Of a stretch of 64,000 bases of DNA, positions 48,112 to 63,764 are shown in pieces; position 1 is the first letter of the stretch; each line of letters opens with the position of its first letter. A model generated the notes under the pieces. The model made no database searches and was not told the DNA's origin. It worked only from the letters and a program-made list of their open reading frames with translations. A program made the position numbers and the translations under genes. This stretch comes from Eledone cirrhosa (lineage: Eukaryota), in assembly GCA_964016885.1 (NCBI GenBank), contig OZ024740.1, positions 372,620,001 to 372,684,000 of the forward strand. The letters are read 5' to 3'.

Positions 48112-50284
48112 AACGAAAACTGAAATAATTGTTCCAGCTTTGTTGGCTGTTGGTATCAAGCCGATGGTCGATGGTCACAAAGGTGCGTGTAGCCCCGTGG
48201 ATCTTGATGATGACACCCCGCAACTGCCTGAGGCGGGAGATCACTACCAAGGCCTCCTCCGGGCTGAGCATGGTTAGGACCTCACTCTGTCCTGCTTCTT
48301 TCTCTCCATCTCTGCCACATGATCTACTTGTAGTGTCGATCCAGTTAAACAACCTGAGCTATTCAACCGGTGCAAGGATTACCACGTGTGTCTGTTAGGT
48401 TTGATGCAAGAAATGTGGAAGAAATTGTTTGAACACTTCCTTCCTTTTTTACGCATTTTGCACGTGGTACACCCGCGACACTACTCAACTTTCTGCAGGG
48501 TGGGTTTGTGTGTTGAGGAGGAAACTCGAACATGTCAAGCGCCGAAGTGTTTGATGTTGGTGGATAGAAACATAGCCGGGCTGGGCGAGCTGATACATCC
48601 AAGTGATAGAATGAAGGAGAAATGGATATATATATAGAAAATGTGTGAGGGGAGAAGATACATGCTTTCTTCTCACAAATTTAGCATTTAGCTTGAACAT
48701 ATTTCTTGCCTGTTTTTCATTACCCGCATTGTACGTATGGCTTGATCTTACGCTGCTAATGTAAGTCCTTCCGTTTCTTTCTTAAGGTAGCTTTCCGTAA
48801 CCAAAAACCAAGTATGTTTGTTATCTCACTCGTTTTTTGATTCCTCAAAGAATGCTGAATACAGGGGATGTACATCAAATCACTCACTTTTTTTACGTTC
48901 TTCAGCGACCACAGCCTATGTGTTTCCTGAGTTGCCATTTTTGTCAAATATGCCTTTCCTGACAACCTCAAATGTAAGTTTTTCTTTTTTATTCTTTATG
49001 TACAAGTTCATACCACATTTTCTAATTTGACAGCATTCTGTACGCTCAGCAATTCTCTACCTCTCTCACTTAATTAAACTTTGTTTTCTTGTATGTATGT
49101 TCTCTGTAATTGTGCACCTTTCTTCCTTGAAAGTACATCGCATACGTGATATGTATGTGTGGCATTTGATTTAAACTAGCACTGTAATAATACACCTTAT
49201 CTATATATAGTTACAATTAATCCTACATCGTCCTTGTGACCTTTACTTCATCTTGTATATCTGTCCACCTTTATATAGAGCTAAAAAATAAGATTGATGA
49301 CCAAAATCAGATTGTTTTAATCCAGCTTTTGTTTATACAAAAGTTGATTTATATAGTTTTACTTTATTTTGATTAATTAAAAATCAGTTCTTTAATCAAC
49401 CACTTCAAAGCAATAAATTATATGCTGAAACGTACTAACAATCTCAGTAAAAAGTAAAATTCTGTCAAAAGGGAGAAAATTGATACGTAATTACTGAAAG
49501 GCATTGGAACTTAGATACGATGTGTATACAATTTAAATGCATCTAAAATATTTACTTTTAATTAATTTAATTTTGTATCAGTGTTTTTCTAAAATTGTTA
49601 AGATGTCGAGTAGCATTCAAGTAATTATTTCAACAATTTTTTTTATATACTATCTCTCACAATACTTACTTTTAATGCGATCAATTTTTCGCGTGTTTCT
49701 GTTTGCGTGAAATTTATGTTTGTTTCTTTGTCTTTAAGAACAAAAGTGATCCGCTATACAAAGTTTATTGTCAATTAGTGACGAATTTCAATAGAAACCA
49801 ATTCAAAACAAAATTCAGGGAAAAGTGAAATGAAATATTTTAATTAACGACATCAATCCGACTAATGAATTCTATGGTAACCCATAATGACAATTGAGCA
49901 AACGAGAAAACATAAATATTCGTTCCACCTTCCAGAAGTACTTGCCAAATTCCACTCAAATCTTTTACGATTTAGTAAAGAACACTTTCAATAATTGGGT
50001 TGTAGGTTCTTGTTAATAGTAAAAAGACAGATTAAACATGACAGAAATACGTTGATTATAAATGTGCTTATCATTGATCTAATTACTAAGATATAAAATG
50101 ATATTTAAACGAAAAAAGAACTATGTAAAATGACATAGGTGTACACTTACACACACACGCACACACACACATATATATATATGTATATATATAGTGTATA
50201 TATTTAGTGTGTATATATAGTGTATATATATATATATAGTGTATATATATGTGTGTATATATATATATAGCGTGAGAGAGAGAA

Positions 50285-50368
<84 letters not shown>

Positions 50369-51189
50369 ATAGAGAGTAATAAGAGTGAATGAGTGAAAAA
50401 GTGGAAGGATAGTTATAAAGTAGGTTCACCCATATTTTCTTTATATAATGTATCAAAATATAAGGTTTTCAGGAATTCTCCCAAATTATGATTTCTATGC
50501 TGTAATCCCCAAACAATTTATAATTTATATGAAGTTTTGTTGTGCAATTTTAGTGAAAATTACATCACCAGGTCTAATTAGCATTGAACGAATTCATTTA
50601 TATTTTGTGATACTTTGAATTAGTTTTTCTCAAAAAATATATTCCTGTTTGGATATAATTGTGCCTGGATTCAGTACATTTGTCCAATCCGCGTAGCTTT
50701 AACCAAAATTCGCATTCAAGTAAATACGAGAGCAAGCTACAAATGACATGAGGTAAATGAATTTGAGTGCATACAAGAAAAATAAAGTTTCAAGACTCCA
50801 CATTGATTAATTCAAGTAAACTAATCTCTGGTATGTTCATTAGGAGCAATTGCAACACAAACAAAACAAATAATAAATATATGATATATAGAATAAACCA
50901 ACAAAAATAGAAGATGAAAGCATTACTCATAACGTAACACAATATTAATAAACAAACAGGCCTCATGCATATGATAACGTTTAAATCTATATATCTATCA
51001 AATATCAAACACATTTCAAATTTCGTGATAGAATCTTTGCAAATCCTTATCAACACAAGCCTCTGCACGTCTAGAAAAGTTATGTTAAGGAATATATGTC
51101 TAAAAACGAATGCACATCTATATCTATATCTATCTTTCTCTCTTTCTCACTGTATATATATATAATTCTGTATGTATGCTAGTACATAT

Positions 51190-51645
51190 ACATACAACAC
51201 CCTCTTCTACAATCCCGTCCCCTCCGAACCCACCCCTCAATACCAGCAACAGATATCCTCTACCCTTCAACACCTCGTCACCACTTCCCCCCTACGTCCG
51301 ACCGCCACACGCATCATTGTCCGTACACCACGCACCCCCGTTATCTATTTCATCCTCAAAAGTCCACAAACTGAATATCCTTAGCCGCCCCGTCGTCTCC
51401 GCCTGCAACTGCCCCACCGAACACATCTCCGCCTACTTCGACTTCATTCTGGCAAACCTAATAAATACCCTCCCCTTCCTCATTTCCGACAACAATAACG
51501 CCCTCCGCCTCTTTGAATCCTTTACATTTCCACCCGGCCCAACCCACTCATCTCAGCCTAAATAGCGAATCCCTTTATATAGTCATCACCCACGTCGATG
51601 GCCTACGTACCCTCGCCTTTCGCCCCTCGCCTCTTCCCACCACCT
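51190..51645 (+). mobile_element. Internal RT fragment of a Penelope/Poseidon-like element
   Basis: PRTPVIYFILK/VHK..SRPVVSACNCPTEHISAYFDFIL..LPFLISD, frameshifted. Confidence 0.85.
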
Positions 51646-52322
51646 AAGAGTAAACGGATACATATATTTATTGTCAGATATCTAAACAGAAAGAGGGAGC
51701 CAGTCAAGTGAAGAAAGATGAAAGAGAAGGAGGAATGCTATTTCATTAGAGAGGTTTATATACACGTACATAGATCAACATTGATATAGATATATTGATT
51801 GATGCAGGGTTTTTTAGAAATACATAAAAATAGGGTTGCTAAGATAGCAAATTTAATGCAGGTTATAGAGAGAATGTGTGAGAGGTAACGAATTCCAGGC
51901 GAATATTGAGATTAATGCTGATAAGAAGGTATGAGAAACGTGCTGACTTCAGTCAATCACATCAAATCTGCTTCATTTTAAATTGCCTTCAGATTATTAG
52001 ATAGCACATTGACATATGCATTTTTTTTTGTATGCCAGCTAGTTGAGACAATAATTACGTTGCTTCAAATTAGTACATATTTTCAATTACTATTTTAAGA
52101 ATCTTTCCGATGAGATTTATTATATATCTAATTTTAAATTACCATATCATTTCCAGTTGATTAATATATGTATGTACGTAGTAATGCATGAGTGTGAATG
52201 TATGCATTTATGTATGTATGAATGATTTTAAGTGTGTATGCATGCATGTATGTATAAATAAATATATATATACATATACATATATATATATATTTACATA
52301 TATATATATATTTACATACATA

Positions 52323-52387
<65 letters not shown>

Positions 52388-52705
52388 GTGTATATGTACA
52401 CATACACACATATATATGGGTGTGTGTGCGCATACATGCACTTATTACAGTGTAAATGATTTTGTGTCTGTGCCTATAAATGCTTATACATCTTTATTAT
52501 TATAACAGAATTCACGGTAGGCACACAGTCGACGAATCTATACAACCACGCACAGAGGAAAGCACACACTCACACGTCCGCGCATACTCCCATATATGCG
52601 CATATATGTGTTTGTGCTTCTATACGTAAAGACGCACAGATATGTCATTTATTAGGTGAGAAACTGAGTGCAGAGTGAGATAGATCCATATATAGATAGA
52701 TAGAT

Positions 52706-52736
<31 letters not shown>

Positions 52737-52786
52737 CATGTATAGATAGATTGATAGATATACAGACATATAGATAGATAGCTAGT

Positions 52787-52921
<135 letters not shown>

Positions 52922-53703
52922 AAGATAGATAGATACATAGATAGATAGATAGACATATAGTTAGAAGAAATTAAAGAGAGCGAAAAGAGTCAGGTGAGAG
53001 AGAAAGGCAACAGGAAACATATGTGAGTGTTTGTCTGTATATGTGAGCTTTGTCCTGCACGCAACTTAGACGAGATAGAAATATTGCTTTTATCACAGCT
53101 AATACGAGAACAATGATTTGGTTCTTGGTTAAACGTCGTAAATGTTCTTAATAATTTGCAGCATTGTGTCTAATTGAATAGCACTGATTGGAAACGCGTA
53201 CTTTATATATCTAAACCTAGCAAGAAATAATGGATGAATTGAAGAAATTTGATTACATAATTTGATTCTGCTAGTGACGATGTGAATTAAAGTAACAAGG
53301 TGCGTATGACTAGCCTACGTCAACACCCAATATGTAGAACACACTAAGCAAAAATGAACTGTCGGCTAAAGCGACTGGCGCCATTTATGCCATTAAATAC
53401 TTGTAACATTTCTCATTGCTGCACCTTTTCTATAAATGCAAATTGATATATTTCAGCTTTTTATCGGAATGTTGTTGTTCATTTCGCAGCACATTACGTA
53501 TATGTGTGTATACAACACATTACGTATGTGCATATATGAATACTTCCACACACACCCACACCCACAGTTGTATAAATATCTATCTCTTTCTTTATATATA
53601 TATTAAATATATATATACATATACATATACACACACTGACACACACGCACACACACACACACACACCCACACCCACACCCACACCCACACCCACACCCAC
53701 ACC

Positions 53704-53779
<76 letters not shown>

Positions 53780-54650
53780 GTTTTTGCTCTAACACGGTGC
53801 ATAGCTAAACGTATTCGTGTGTGAATAATCATAATTATTAATATTTGGTTCGTCTGCAAGTAAACCCCCTTATTGCATCATGTGTGTTTTCTACATGACT
53901 AACGTTATCCCTTTCTTCCAGGGGTAGTAGAGAGAAAATAGTCGACAGTTGCCCCTTATTAAGACTCTATAATCCTCTCGCCACTGCTAATCAGTGGAAC
54001 TTCTGAGAATACATAGTATTCTCAAATTGTCTATAATCTGTGATAGTTCAAATAGGATGTTGCTACACTTAGAGATATTCATTCCCTGCAAAAGAAAAAA
54101 AAAACAACAAAAGACAAAAAAAAACATATAAATCTATATCTATAAATATTTATCACGTCTTATCAACTATGCACTGTCTGAACATGATGAAAACCATTCG
54201 GACTATAAACTAAATCTTAGAAAATGCCTCTTACGTTTCACATTAAATTCTGTAACCTGCTTGAAACCATATGAGTGTCCTCTTAAAAATTGTTCCAAGT
54301 CATTACGTGTTTATATATCCCACATGAAATGCGCTCAAAACCTACATTAGGATCACCTCAATAATTCGTCCAGTTACAAGTGCCCCTCGGACTTAAATCG
54401 TGTCTTGTATTCGATCTAATATATCTGACAATTGAATAAGATATACAATCTGATTAAGTAAATATACATGGACATATATAGGATCGACCTATCGCCGCGA
54501 TGCCAATACTATTCTCCTACAATTTCAGATATTTTAGTCAATGTGATGAAGTTCTGGGTAGTTTCTGAAGGGGAAGAGAGACGTGTTTGTGTGCGTGCTT
54601 CCTCCTAAAATACATCATGTCTCCCCTTCATGTTATTTCTCTCAATCCCA

Positions 54651-54773
<123 letters not shown>

Positions 54774-54774
54774 G

Positions 54775-55642
54775 AAAATTGATTAACCCCGACGGCAGAG
54801 CTCAAACCGTTTCGACGGCTATTTCTAGACCAAATTAGAATATTTAGCGTGTTAAATAAATAGCCGAACTTTTCAAGGGGTAATTCCTTTTATCGGAAGA
54901 TTGTAGTTGTCAAAAGGATGGTCAAACTTTCTTGTAAACACAATTAAATCTTTCATGGCAGGGGGAGTGGCTGAATTTGCCTGTAGAACAATGAGGGAGT
55001 GGGTGGAGCCGGTCAAGCGTTGAAAGTGAATTCTATACAACAAATTCTAAGGAGTGTGTATGAAATTAGGCTAGTTAGGAAGCAGGCGAAAAAGGGTCTG
55101 GAGAAATTAGAGAGGGGACGTTATAGAATAGGTTAATAAATTGAGATTAAAAGATAATAAATGAATAAAAACATATATAAAAACAATAAACGTGTATAGT
55201 AAAAAGTAATAAAAAAAATCTCTAGAGTTTCAAGCAGCCGCTATATTTAGTTGGTATTGCGTTTTCGGCCAATACTATATATAGTTTACTGGGGTGGGGG
55301 TACTGAGGCTGCAAAAGCTCGATGGGCTGCCTCGGGGAGGGCAAAAGAGGAAAAAGGAAAAGGAAGAGGAGAGGGAGTGGAAGGAAGTGATAGCAAGAGA
55401 TAAAGGGAAGAAGGAAAGAAAAAGGAAAAGCAAAGAAGTACATCTACCTATGTTAGCTGGTCTTTCCCCTATCTTGTTTGGAAAGTTTGGAAAAGGAGGA
55501 TGTTGCAGCCATTGTCTACCCACCCGGGTCATGAGGGGCTTTGAGGGTGAGGTGAGTCTTACGAAATCGGTGTTTACATGCTGTTACAAGTTCGTCTTTT
55601 TTATTTAGGAGTTGGTCCTTCGTAAACGGCATTGGTAAATTT
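54775..55642 (-). mobile_element. 3' fragment of the same PLE family as 20858-22630
   Basis: Encodes LNKKDELVTACKHRFRKTHLTLKAPHDPGG*, followed by a homologous 3' UTR and a U3-A8 HHR at 54786-54881. Confidence 0.88.
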
Positions 55643-56292
55643 TAGATTATATTTATATGTTATAGAACTAAACGCAAATGATTTGCTGCTTTAATGAAAC
55701 CCTACAGAACGTTGGTTGATAGGGAAACTAATTTTGATCGACACTAAGAAATTTCTTATATTTGTTGTTGTATTCTTTCTTTCAGTGAACTGATAATTCT
55801 CACTCTAATTACGTTATACGAGCCTCGGTCGTCTCTATATAATCCAGAATATATTGCGTATTCGCCTATATTAAATCCTAGGCGGTTTCTCGATTGTAGT
55901 CAAATGTTTAGATTATATATTGATATAGCAATCGGTTGTTTGATCTTCCATACAAACACTAAGTACTAGAAATTAGATGTAACATGACGTCTTAAATAGT
56001 TATTTAGATTTGGTGTAAGATAATTTAACATGAAATCCTTTGAAGGTTTCATTTAGGTTCATTGTTAATTTTAAACCAATAATAAAGTCACTCTGTGGAA
56101 GGTGACTAATACTTATCAGGTCCCTATACCCCAACATCTAGTGTGATAAATCCATATGTAATTTGCCACCACCGATCTATACAACTCTCTCGGCTTGTCG
56201 CAACCTTCTCATACACACATATATATACATTGACACACACACATACATTAACCCCCCCATGCACACACATGCACATACATGCACACACTCAA

Positions 56293-56350
<58 letters not shown>

Positions 56351-58364
56351 GCACACACATAACCCAATACGTCACATTCTATAATTGGTTTTCCATTCAG
56401 CGCAAATATTTCCTTTTTCACACATTTTTACATTTGTGTGCAAATATTTTGCCAGCAATGTGTCTGTTTTCACTTTCTGTTTGTCTTGTTTTAACGTCTG
56501 AATCATTTCCAGTGACTGTTCTCCTGTTCTATTTGTGTTGTCCTTAGCAACACACACATACATGTATACATTCACATAGCTTCCGTCATACCTTTTATAC
56601 ATACAAAAATAGATTCACACTGTCTGAATAACATAAGTGAAAGGATACTCTTATTATTTGAGAGTAACCTTGCGATTTTAAAACCGGAATACTCTTTACT
56701 GCTAACCAAGTAATGTAAAGCAAGCAAAGGAGAGAAAGTTTATTATCAAGGATGATTGAAATCTTCGGAAAAAAAATTAAACAGATTTTGTAGAACTGGA
56801 TATTGTTTAGAAGCTATCACAGAGAATCAAAGGACATGTTATAATCATATTAGATAGCATCTGAGAAACACGCTCGCATAGCAGCTTTGGCTAGATTAAA
56901 TTTGGTCAGATAGTAATAAAGAAATAAGACAATGGTTTTGGTAAGAAAATAATAAAGAAATAATGCACTGATTATACTTGTCAGTAAAAGGCGATATTTT
57001 TCAAATCCTCATATTCAGATAGTGAGATCTATTTTTATGTATATTGTTTATGCAGAACACTCAACCTTATATTAATATTGGTTAATTCTCTCAACCTACA
57101 GGGTCATGTTTCCCACTTTTACGCTGCGTTTAAGTTATGTACAGATGAATAGACTTCCTTAATTTTCACTATTTCATTTCGAAGGATTTGAAAATTAATT
57201 GCGAGCTTGAATGAAGAGGTGGGAGATTTTCCTCAGTACTTCCAGCTGCGATCACCACAATTAAGAATTAACAATAACCATTAGACAGTGGAAACGTGCT
57301 TGAATCAGTGGCAGAATAGTATAACATTAGCTGAGGCCAACATAGTCCTAAAAATAAATTCGATTGATAGCCGGATCCGTTCAAAACTTTAAAGGATGCC
57401 ACAAATCAGTAGTGCCAAGACACTCAATGATTGTGTATTATATGGAACGTTGATCCGTGCAAATACACGTAAGCTCCGTTGAAAGTGGTTCCGTGTCTGT
57501 AGAGAATATCTCTAAACGGCAATATTGTCAAGTAGTGTTGTCGCTAGTTCCATTTGTTTCATATTTTCTGTGGGTGCAGTAAATAATTTTGTACTTATTT
57601 ATGTATTATATTGGCTTCATAAGCGAAACATAAACTCCATTATACTAGACAAAATAATGATTTAATATTTACAATGTTTTGTTTTCAACTATTTTGTCGA
57701 GACAAATTATGCAAGCAATTAATTTCATAAAAATATATCTAGAATTATAGAATGACATGGTTATCAACTCTATATATGTCCATGAATATTTACTTAATCA
57801 CATTGTATATCTTATTCAATTGTTAAATATATTAGATAGAGTAAAACATGTCTCTAATTTCTACAGATATATCGTGCATATATTGCTATTTCAGGATAGA
57901 CAGCTGTGGAATTAATGTAAAACATGCCTATCATCGCAGTTCTTGTTATATACATGCATATACAACATTTTCAGTAAATGTATTGAAGATTATATTAGAT
58001 GTCTCTAACTCTTCCTATTTAATCTACGAAAATCTATAAAGCAAGCATCATCACGAATAAATAATAACCTTAACTTATTATCAATTCAGCGTAAAGTCAG
58101 TATATATTCTTTCAAAAAAAATAATAAAAAAGATAGGAAACTTGGAATGTCTACTGAAAAGTTTGACAGAAGATATGAAGAATTAAGAATATTGTCATCC
58201 AGAAGTTTCTTTTCTTTTATATACTTAGTACTTTCCTTAATTTCATTTATTTTTCAACACAGAGCGAAGCTTGCGTGGTAGCAATATCATACGTATTTGA
58301 ACATATTATAGTTACGCATGTTCTTCCTACTTTTCTTGGCGTTACTGAGTTTAAAATCTGCGCA

Positions 58365-58582
<218 letters not shown>

Positions 58583-59669
58583 TATAAAGAAATCAATATT
58601 ATTGTTTTTATCATTATTATTATACCGGTCATAACGTTGATGATGATGGAGATACCTATGATTAAGTCAAGAACGATGATGATGATTATGATAATGATGT
58701 GGCTGATGATGATGAGTTTAATATATTTTTTTATTCCCATTGAATTTATTCTAGTTACATTGGATGAATACACAATTTGTTCAGATGCAAGTTGATTAAA
58801 TTAGTTATTGCATGTTCACTTGATTTTATTACTAAACTTTATGAACTGGTAGTCATGTAAAGTAACCAAACATCTGAGCACCGAAGCAACCGCCTTCATA
58901 TCTCACCTGAAAGCTTTCCATTGCATCAAACGACTATCATAAACTTCACAGATAGGTAAGGGAAAAAATACATAGGGAGCGCCAAGCATGCTAGTGATTC
59001 CTGACTGATATTGCATTAAATATTCAAACAAAGGAAAATGTACGAAATAGAAAATACATATATACAATAATATATATGAATAAACAAAGAGAAATACACG
59101 CAATCCTCAAAACTTGGACTACGTTAACTATAAAAACAAGATTGTATTTTTCATTTTGCTATTTTGTCTTAAGTTTGAGAAATCATGTTGTATTTTGTAC
59201 AGAGGGGCGTTAATGAAATACTAAACGCAACGCAAAAGCATCATTATGTTCACCGTCGTCATAGGAAATTTCATTATCACGATTTATCCTCATTAGAATT
59301 CTCATTCCCACTGCCATTAATACCATGTCCTCCTCCCCCTCTTGAGCCTACTCCTCCTCTTCATCCCCCTCTTTCTCCTCCCCATCTTCCCCTTCCTTCT
59401 CCCCCTCTTCCTCCCGTCTACCCCTTGCTCCTCCCCTATTCCCATTCCCCCTCCCTATTCCTCCTCATCACCCCCATCCTCCTATTCCTGCTCCACCTCA
59501 ATATCATTATCACCTCCGCATTCATTTGCGTTATTTTGATTATAAATTTCATCCTTCCAGGCCCAATAACATCTGTAACATAGAATACTACTTTTGAATG
59601 AATGCATTGACAGAATAGCGAGGGAAATATGCTTTGGTATGTAATTATATCCTTCCTTATTCGGTAGTT

Positions 59670-59950
59670 AAATCACATAGTTTGTGGTTAGGGTGTTTGG
59701 ATTACGATGGAAGGGCATCAATTCGACAATTAGCCGTTGATTGTGTTGTTGAGAATAACATTTTATTTAATGTCATTCCAAACGTCTTATCTGACAAACG
59801 TGAGTTGTATCTGTAGTGTCATGCTGAACCACTATGGAAATTAAGTTAAGCGAACACGTGTCTATAGAATGCTCAGTCACTTACAGTTTAATGTTTTGAG
59901 CAGGCTGTTCTGTTGATCAAACAACTGGAATATTTCTTCTCGAATCCACT
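59670..59950 (+). mobile_element. Old degenerate SINE family B copy
   Basis: AGAATGCTCAGTCACTTACAGTTTAAT..GAGCAGGCTGTTC aligns by eye with the reverse complement of 14440-14500. Confidence 0.5.
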
Positions 59951-61077
59951 GGTTGTCTATTACATTTTTCTTTTGCATTTATGAACTCGCTTTAAACATC
60001 ATTGAGGACGAGCTTGCTTTTTATTGTACTTGATTCGAAAAAATATTTATCTTGTCAAGAAATGCCCCGGTAAATTGACTCCTATGCTCTTCTAAATTAT
60101 CAGGACTATAGTAATCATTATCAGTATCTTTAATGTCTATAGTACGGTAAAGAATGAAAAATTCGATAAAATTAACAAAATCAGACAACAGTCTATCTCA
60201 AGTCTTGTAATGGAAAATAACAAAGAGCTGAGTCTATGTATGCTCTTTTAGTTTCCCCTATGATAATACGAGATTCTCATTTGAATTACCTTATTGGGAT
60301 ATATTGCTAAAACGATAAGCCTTTGCAACGTATGAAAGTGTGTGCTTCGATTGTGAAAAAAATCTCTTTATTTTATTCCTATGTGCAGATCAATCATTGA
60401 TCATTTGAATGAATTTCCAAGCTCAATTGAAATAACATTGCAAGAGTGACCAAAGATAATTAACTGCAGACATCGATTTCAACGCCTTGTTGTTATAGCA
60501 CTATCAGCATTTCTCTGAAGTGAATACAAGTAGATCCACTACAGGAAGTAGACGTGAAAACCACTCAAAATGATTGTTTCTTTTTTGTTTGTTTCAAAGC
60601 ATTTCATTTCAAATATATAGTTTGATGCAAATAAATCATCGATATGTGTATGTGTGTGAGAAAAGATGTATATATGATTATATGCCATTATGAGCGGATT
60701 CATGTATGTTTGTGTATGTATATGAGTGATTCAGATTGTTCGTCTGAATGTGTGACATTTGTTAGAACTATTAAAAATATCAAACCACAGCTATATGTAT
60801 GTTTCTCTTCTTTATTATATACGCACCATTTTCTCAGTATTTATGCAAGATAAGTACACACATACGCACAAACAACCACACTCACACACATTTGTAATCT
60901 TCCCTATATAATGACTATATTAATACTCGATCACTTGTAGAAAAACGAGTAATGCACCACTGGAAAAAGATTTGTCAATTCCTCCAAATTTTTCTTAACT
61001 TAAATGAATATTCACACACACAAATATATACAAACATATTCTCGTACCCCCACCAATATGCATATATATATATATAT

Positions 61078-61500
61078 AATGGAAAAATTTGAACAGGAAC
61101 TAAACAGAGAGGCAGTACAACGAATGTTTATTAATTTCACGCTCTGGAGAGTGGGGTGGTGATGGGGAACGACGTTTCGGGCATAAGCCCTTCCTCAGGT
61201 GAGAAGTGTGTGGCAACAGAGTTCAAAGGGTGTGTAGGGGAGTGGTGGAGAGACATATAGCGAAAGGAAACGGTGCGAATGAAATTAAAAATAAAAATAA
61301 AAATAAAGCATGATCAAAATACAAGGAATGAAATAAAATTAAATATAAAACCATGATCAAAATAAACTGAAATTAAAAAGGGGTAAAACAGGTGATGGAA
61401 GGGTGTGGGGTGTGTAGGGGTGGCAGCGGGTGGAGTGGGGAGAGGGAGACGGGGTGTCCGAGCGGGGAGTGTAGAAGGTGGTGTGTGTGTGTAGGTGTAC

Positions 61501-61531
<31 letters not shown>

Positions 61532-61930
61532 AAAGTAAGGGTTGGGGGAAGAACGGGGCTGCATGTTCAGGAAGAGGTGTGTATGGGGGGTTGTAGGTCG
61601 GAGTGTCTGTGCGTGTCTGAATAGAGGGGTGGGGGGAGAGGAATAAGGAGGCTGCGGGTGTAAATATGTGGTGGAAAGCACGTGTGTGTGGGGTTTAAGG
61701 GTGTTGTAGTGTAGGTGGTGTGTGGAGAAAAACATTTTTGGGGTGTGTGTGTGGGTGAGTTATATAGGTGATTCCGTAAGAGGATGGTTGAAATGTTGGT
61801 AAATTCCTATGATGTTTAGTAGATTCCGTGGTGGTCAAGTTCCACATACGAGTATTCCATGAAGAGATGGTCGGAAGAGGAGAGATGTGGGGTGCGCGCG
61901 CAACAGGAAGTGGTCAAGCGGTGGGAGTGC

Positions 61931-61938
<8 letters not shown>
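61078..61938 (-). mobile_element. 3' end of a PLE with a minimal HHR at 61167-61203
   Basis: CTGAGGA-aGGGC ttat GCCC-GAAA-CG-TC, preceded by a C-rich UTR. (TA)n flanks. Confidence 0.65.
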
Positions 61939-61967
<29 letters not shown>

Positions 61968-61971
<4 letters not shown>

Positions 61972-62097
61972 CGAAGGAGGTGTGGTAAGGAACCACATGG
62001 ACCATAACGCACCAGAGTACTCAATACTTAGGGTAGTAGAGTGGGTAATAGGAAAACGTTTAACCGCGACGGCAGAGCTCTGCCGTCGGGGTTAATC

Positions 62098-62100
<3 letters not shown>
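61968..62100 (-). mobile_element. Tail-only copy of the 20858 family ending in a snap-back hairpin
   Basis: Aligns with 20858-20969, then folds back as CGACGGCAGAGCTCTGCCGTCG. Confidence 0.85.
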
Positions 62101-62164
<64 letters not shown>

Positions 62165-63071
62165 GTTTAGTATGTTGTGGTAGCTCCCAAACTGACAGTA
62201 AACTTTACCGAGGCTATGAAAATAACCAAAGTCTCACTGAGACTAATACTTTCTTTTCTGGGGGTAATCCTCTCACTGTGGTAATTATATTTGTGGTAAT
62301 TATAAAGTCCAATTTATAGATAGGTATTTTGTGTTGCAGGGTTGCGTTGGTGATTATGGGTGAAAGGAGGTTATATAAAGTAGATTAGATAAATGTATTT
62401 GAGTCAAAATGCCTAATTTTACGACAGAAAACAATTAGTTTGTCTGAGAGTTTATTTAGCTGACGGGTGTGATGTTAATTTATTGTTGTAGTTTGGTTTG
62501 GAAACATTAGAGTTTAGATATGTGGGAGGTATTAATATATATGGTGAGAGCGGTCAAAATGATTAAATGTTCTGTCTCTGGAATAATAGTAAATGTAGGG
62601 ATTTGGGCTGGTTATAGCGAAAACGAACATGCTTCTGTTTGAGTTTATAGAATAAACACATATTAATATATAAGATGGTATTCAGTCAGGAATCATGAAT
62701 GGGGAAAACAAAAACATATGATATGTGGTTTGTACGAGAGAAAGAGAGAGACCTCTTGTTATACGTTACAGAGTTATACTTGCCGCGTAAGTCATTTAAT
62801 CTGAGACTATGTTTTGAAACATATCAATTACATCATCGAGAAGTCATTTTAGTCATTTATAATACACGAAAACCGTTAACTTCAATTTATATTTAACATT
62901 TATTTCTAGGTGTCAACTATTTGATAAATGTACAATGAAGTTAACAGTTTTTTTTTATGTTTTCGAACGCCAAAACGAATATTTCCTTGATGAAATTGGT
63001 CTATAGATACACTTATACATAAATATATGTATATGGCGAAACCGTTACGCACACACCCGCATATATATATA

Positions 63072-63718
63072 TAGGCCGAATTTGCTTGCACACCGCCAGA
63101 GATTCGATTTTACTAAGTATCCAATTAATTAATAACTCTAGAAGAAAATAATATAACTAATTAATTTAATTAGACAATTCTGTTGATTGGTTAATTATTT
63201 GTGTTTGTTTAATAACATCTGGTCGAGAGATTATTCTGATGGTTAGCGGAAATTAATATTTCCTTTGTCTAACATTTTGAATGACCTGCCAAAAACCGGG
63301 GGTTGTTTCCCTTGCGGCAACTATATATACGATATGCTGCACCTAGCGGTAACATTTAGCCTCTCACCCCGTTCTTTGGTAGAACCAAAACTTGTGATGA
63401 ACTGAATCCTCTGTTCGATCATGAATACCAAGAGCTTGCCAGTTACGTAAGTCTGATATTTGATTTCGGATTCATAGACACACTTTAAACGTATAACATT
63501 TGATTTGTCCAGGTGTATTTTTCTCAACCTGTTAGTTCTTTCGTTACTTTGGTATATTGTGTGTTAGATTTTGCCTACCACAATGTTCAATTTGTCAAGC
63601 TATTTAAAGGTATGTTATTACTCTGAGGACCTACCTTGTCGAGTGCTTTGCTAACTCATTCTCATAGTAGGCCGAATTTGCTTACACACCGCCAGAGATT
63701 CGATTTTACCTAGTATCC

Positions 63719-63764
<46 letters not shown>

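Noticed and set aside
53985-54086. Acceptor followed by ..LFELSQIIDNL.., resembling the nAChR LSQIIDV motif
   Set aside because: There is no upstream RPV motif, no donor at the expected position and an in-frame stop follows. It may be untranslated exon sequence, but that is unproven.
58903-59103. Hydrophobic ORF ending at a CAG|gtgaga donor as a possible first exon
   Set aside because: The hydrophobicity derives from AT-rich low-complexity sequence and it cannot be linked to the receptor exon.
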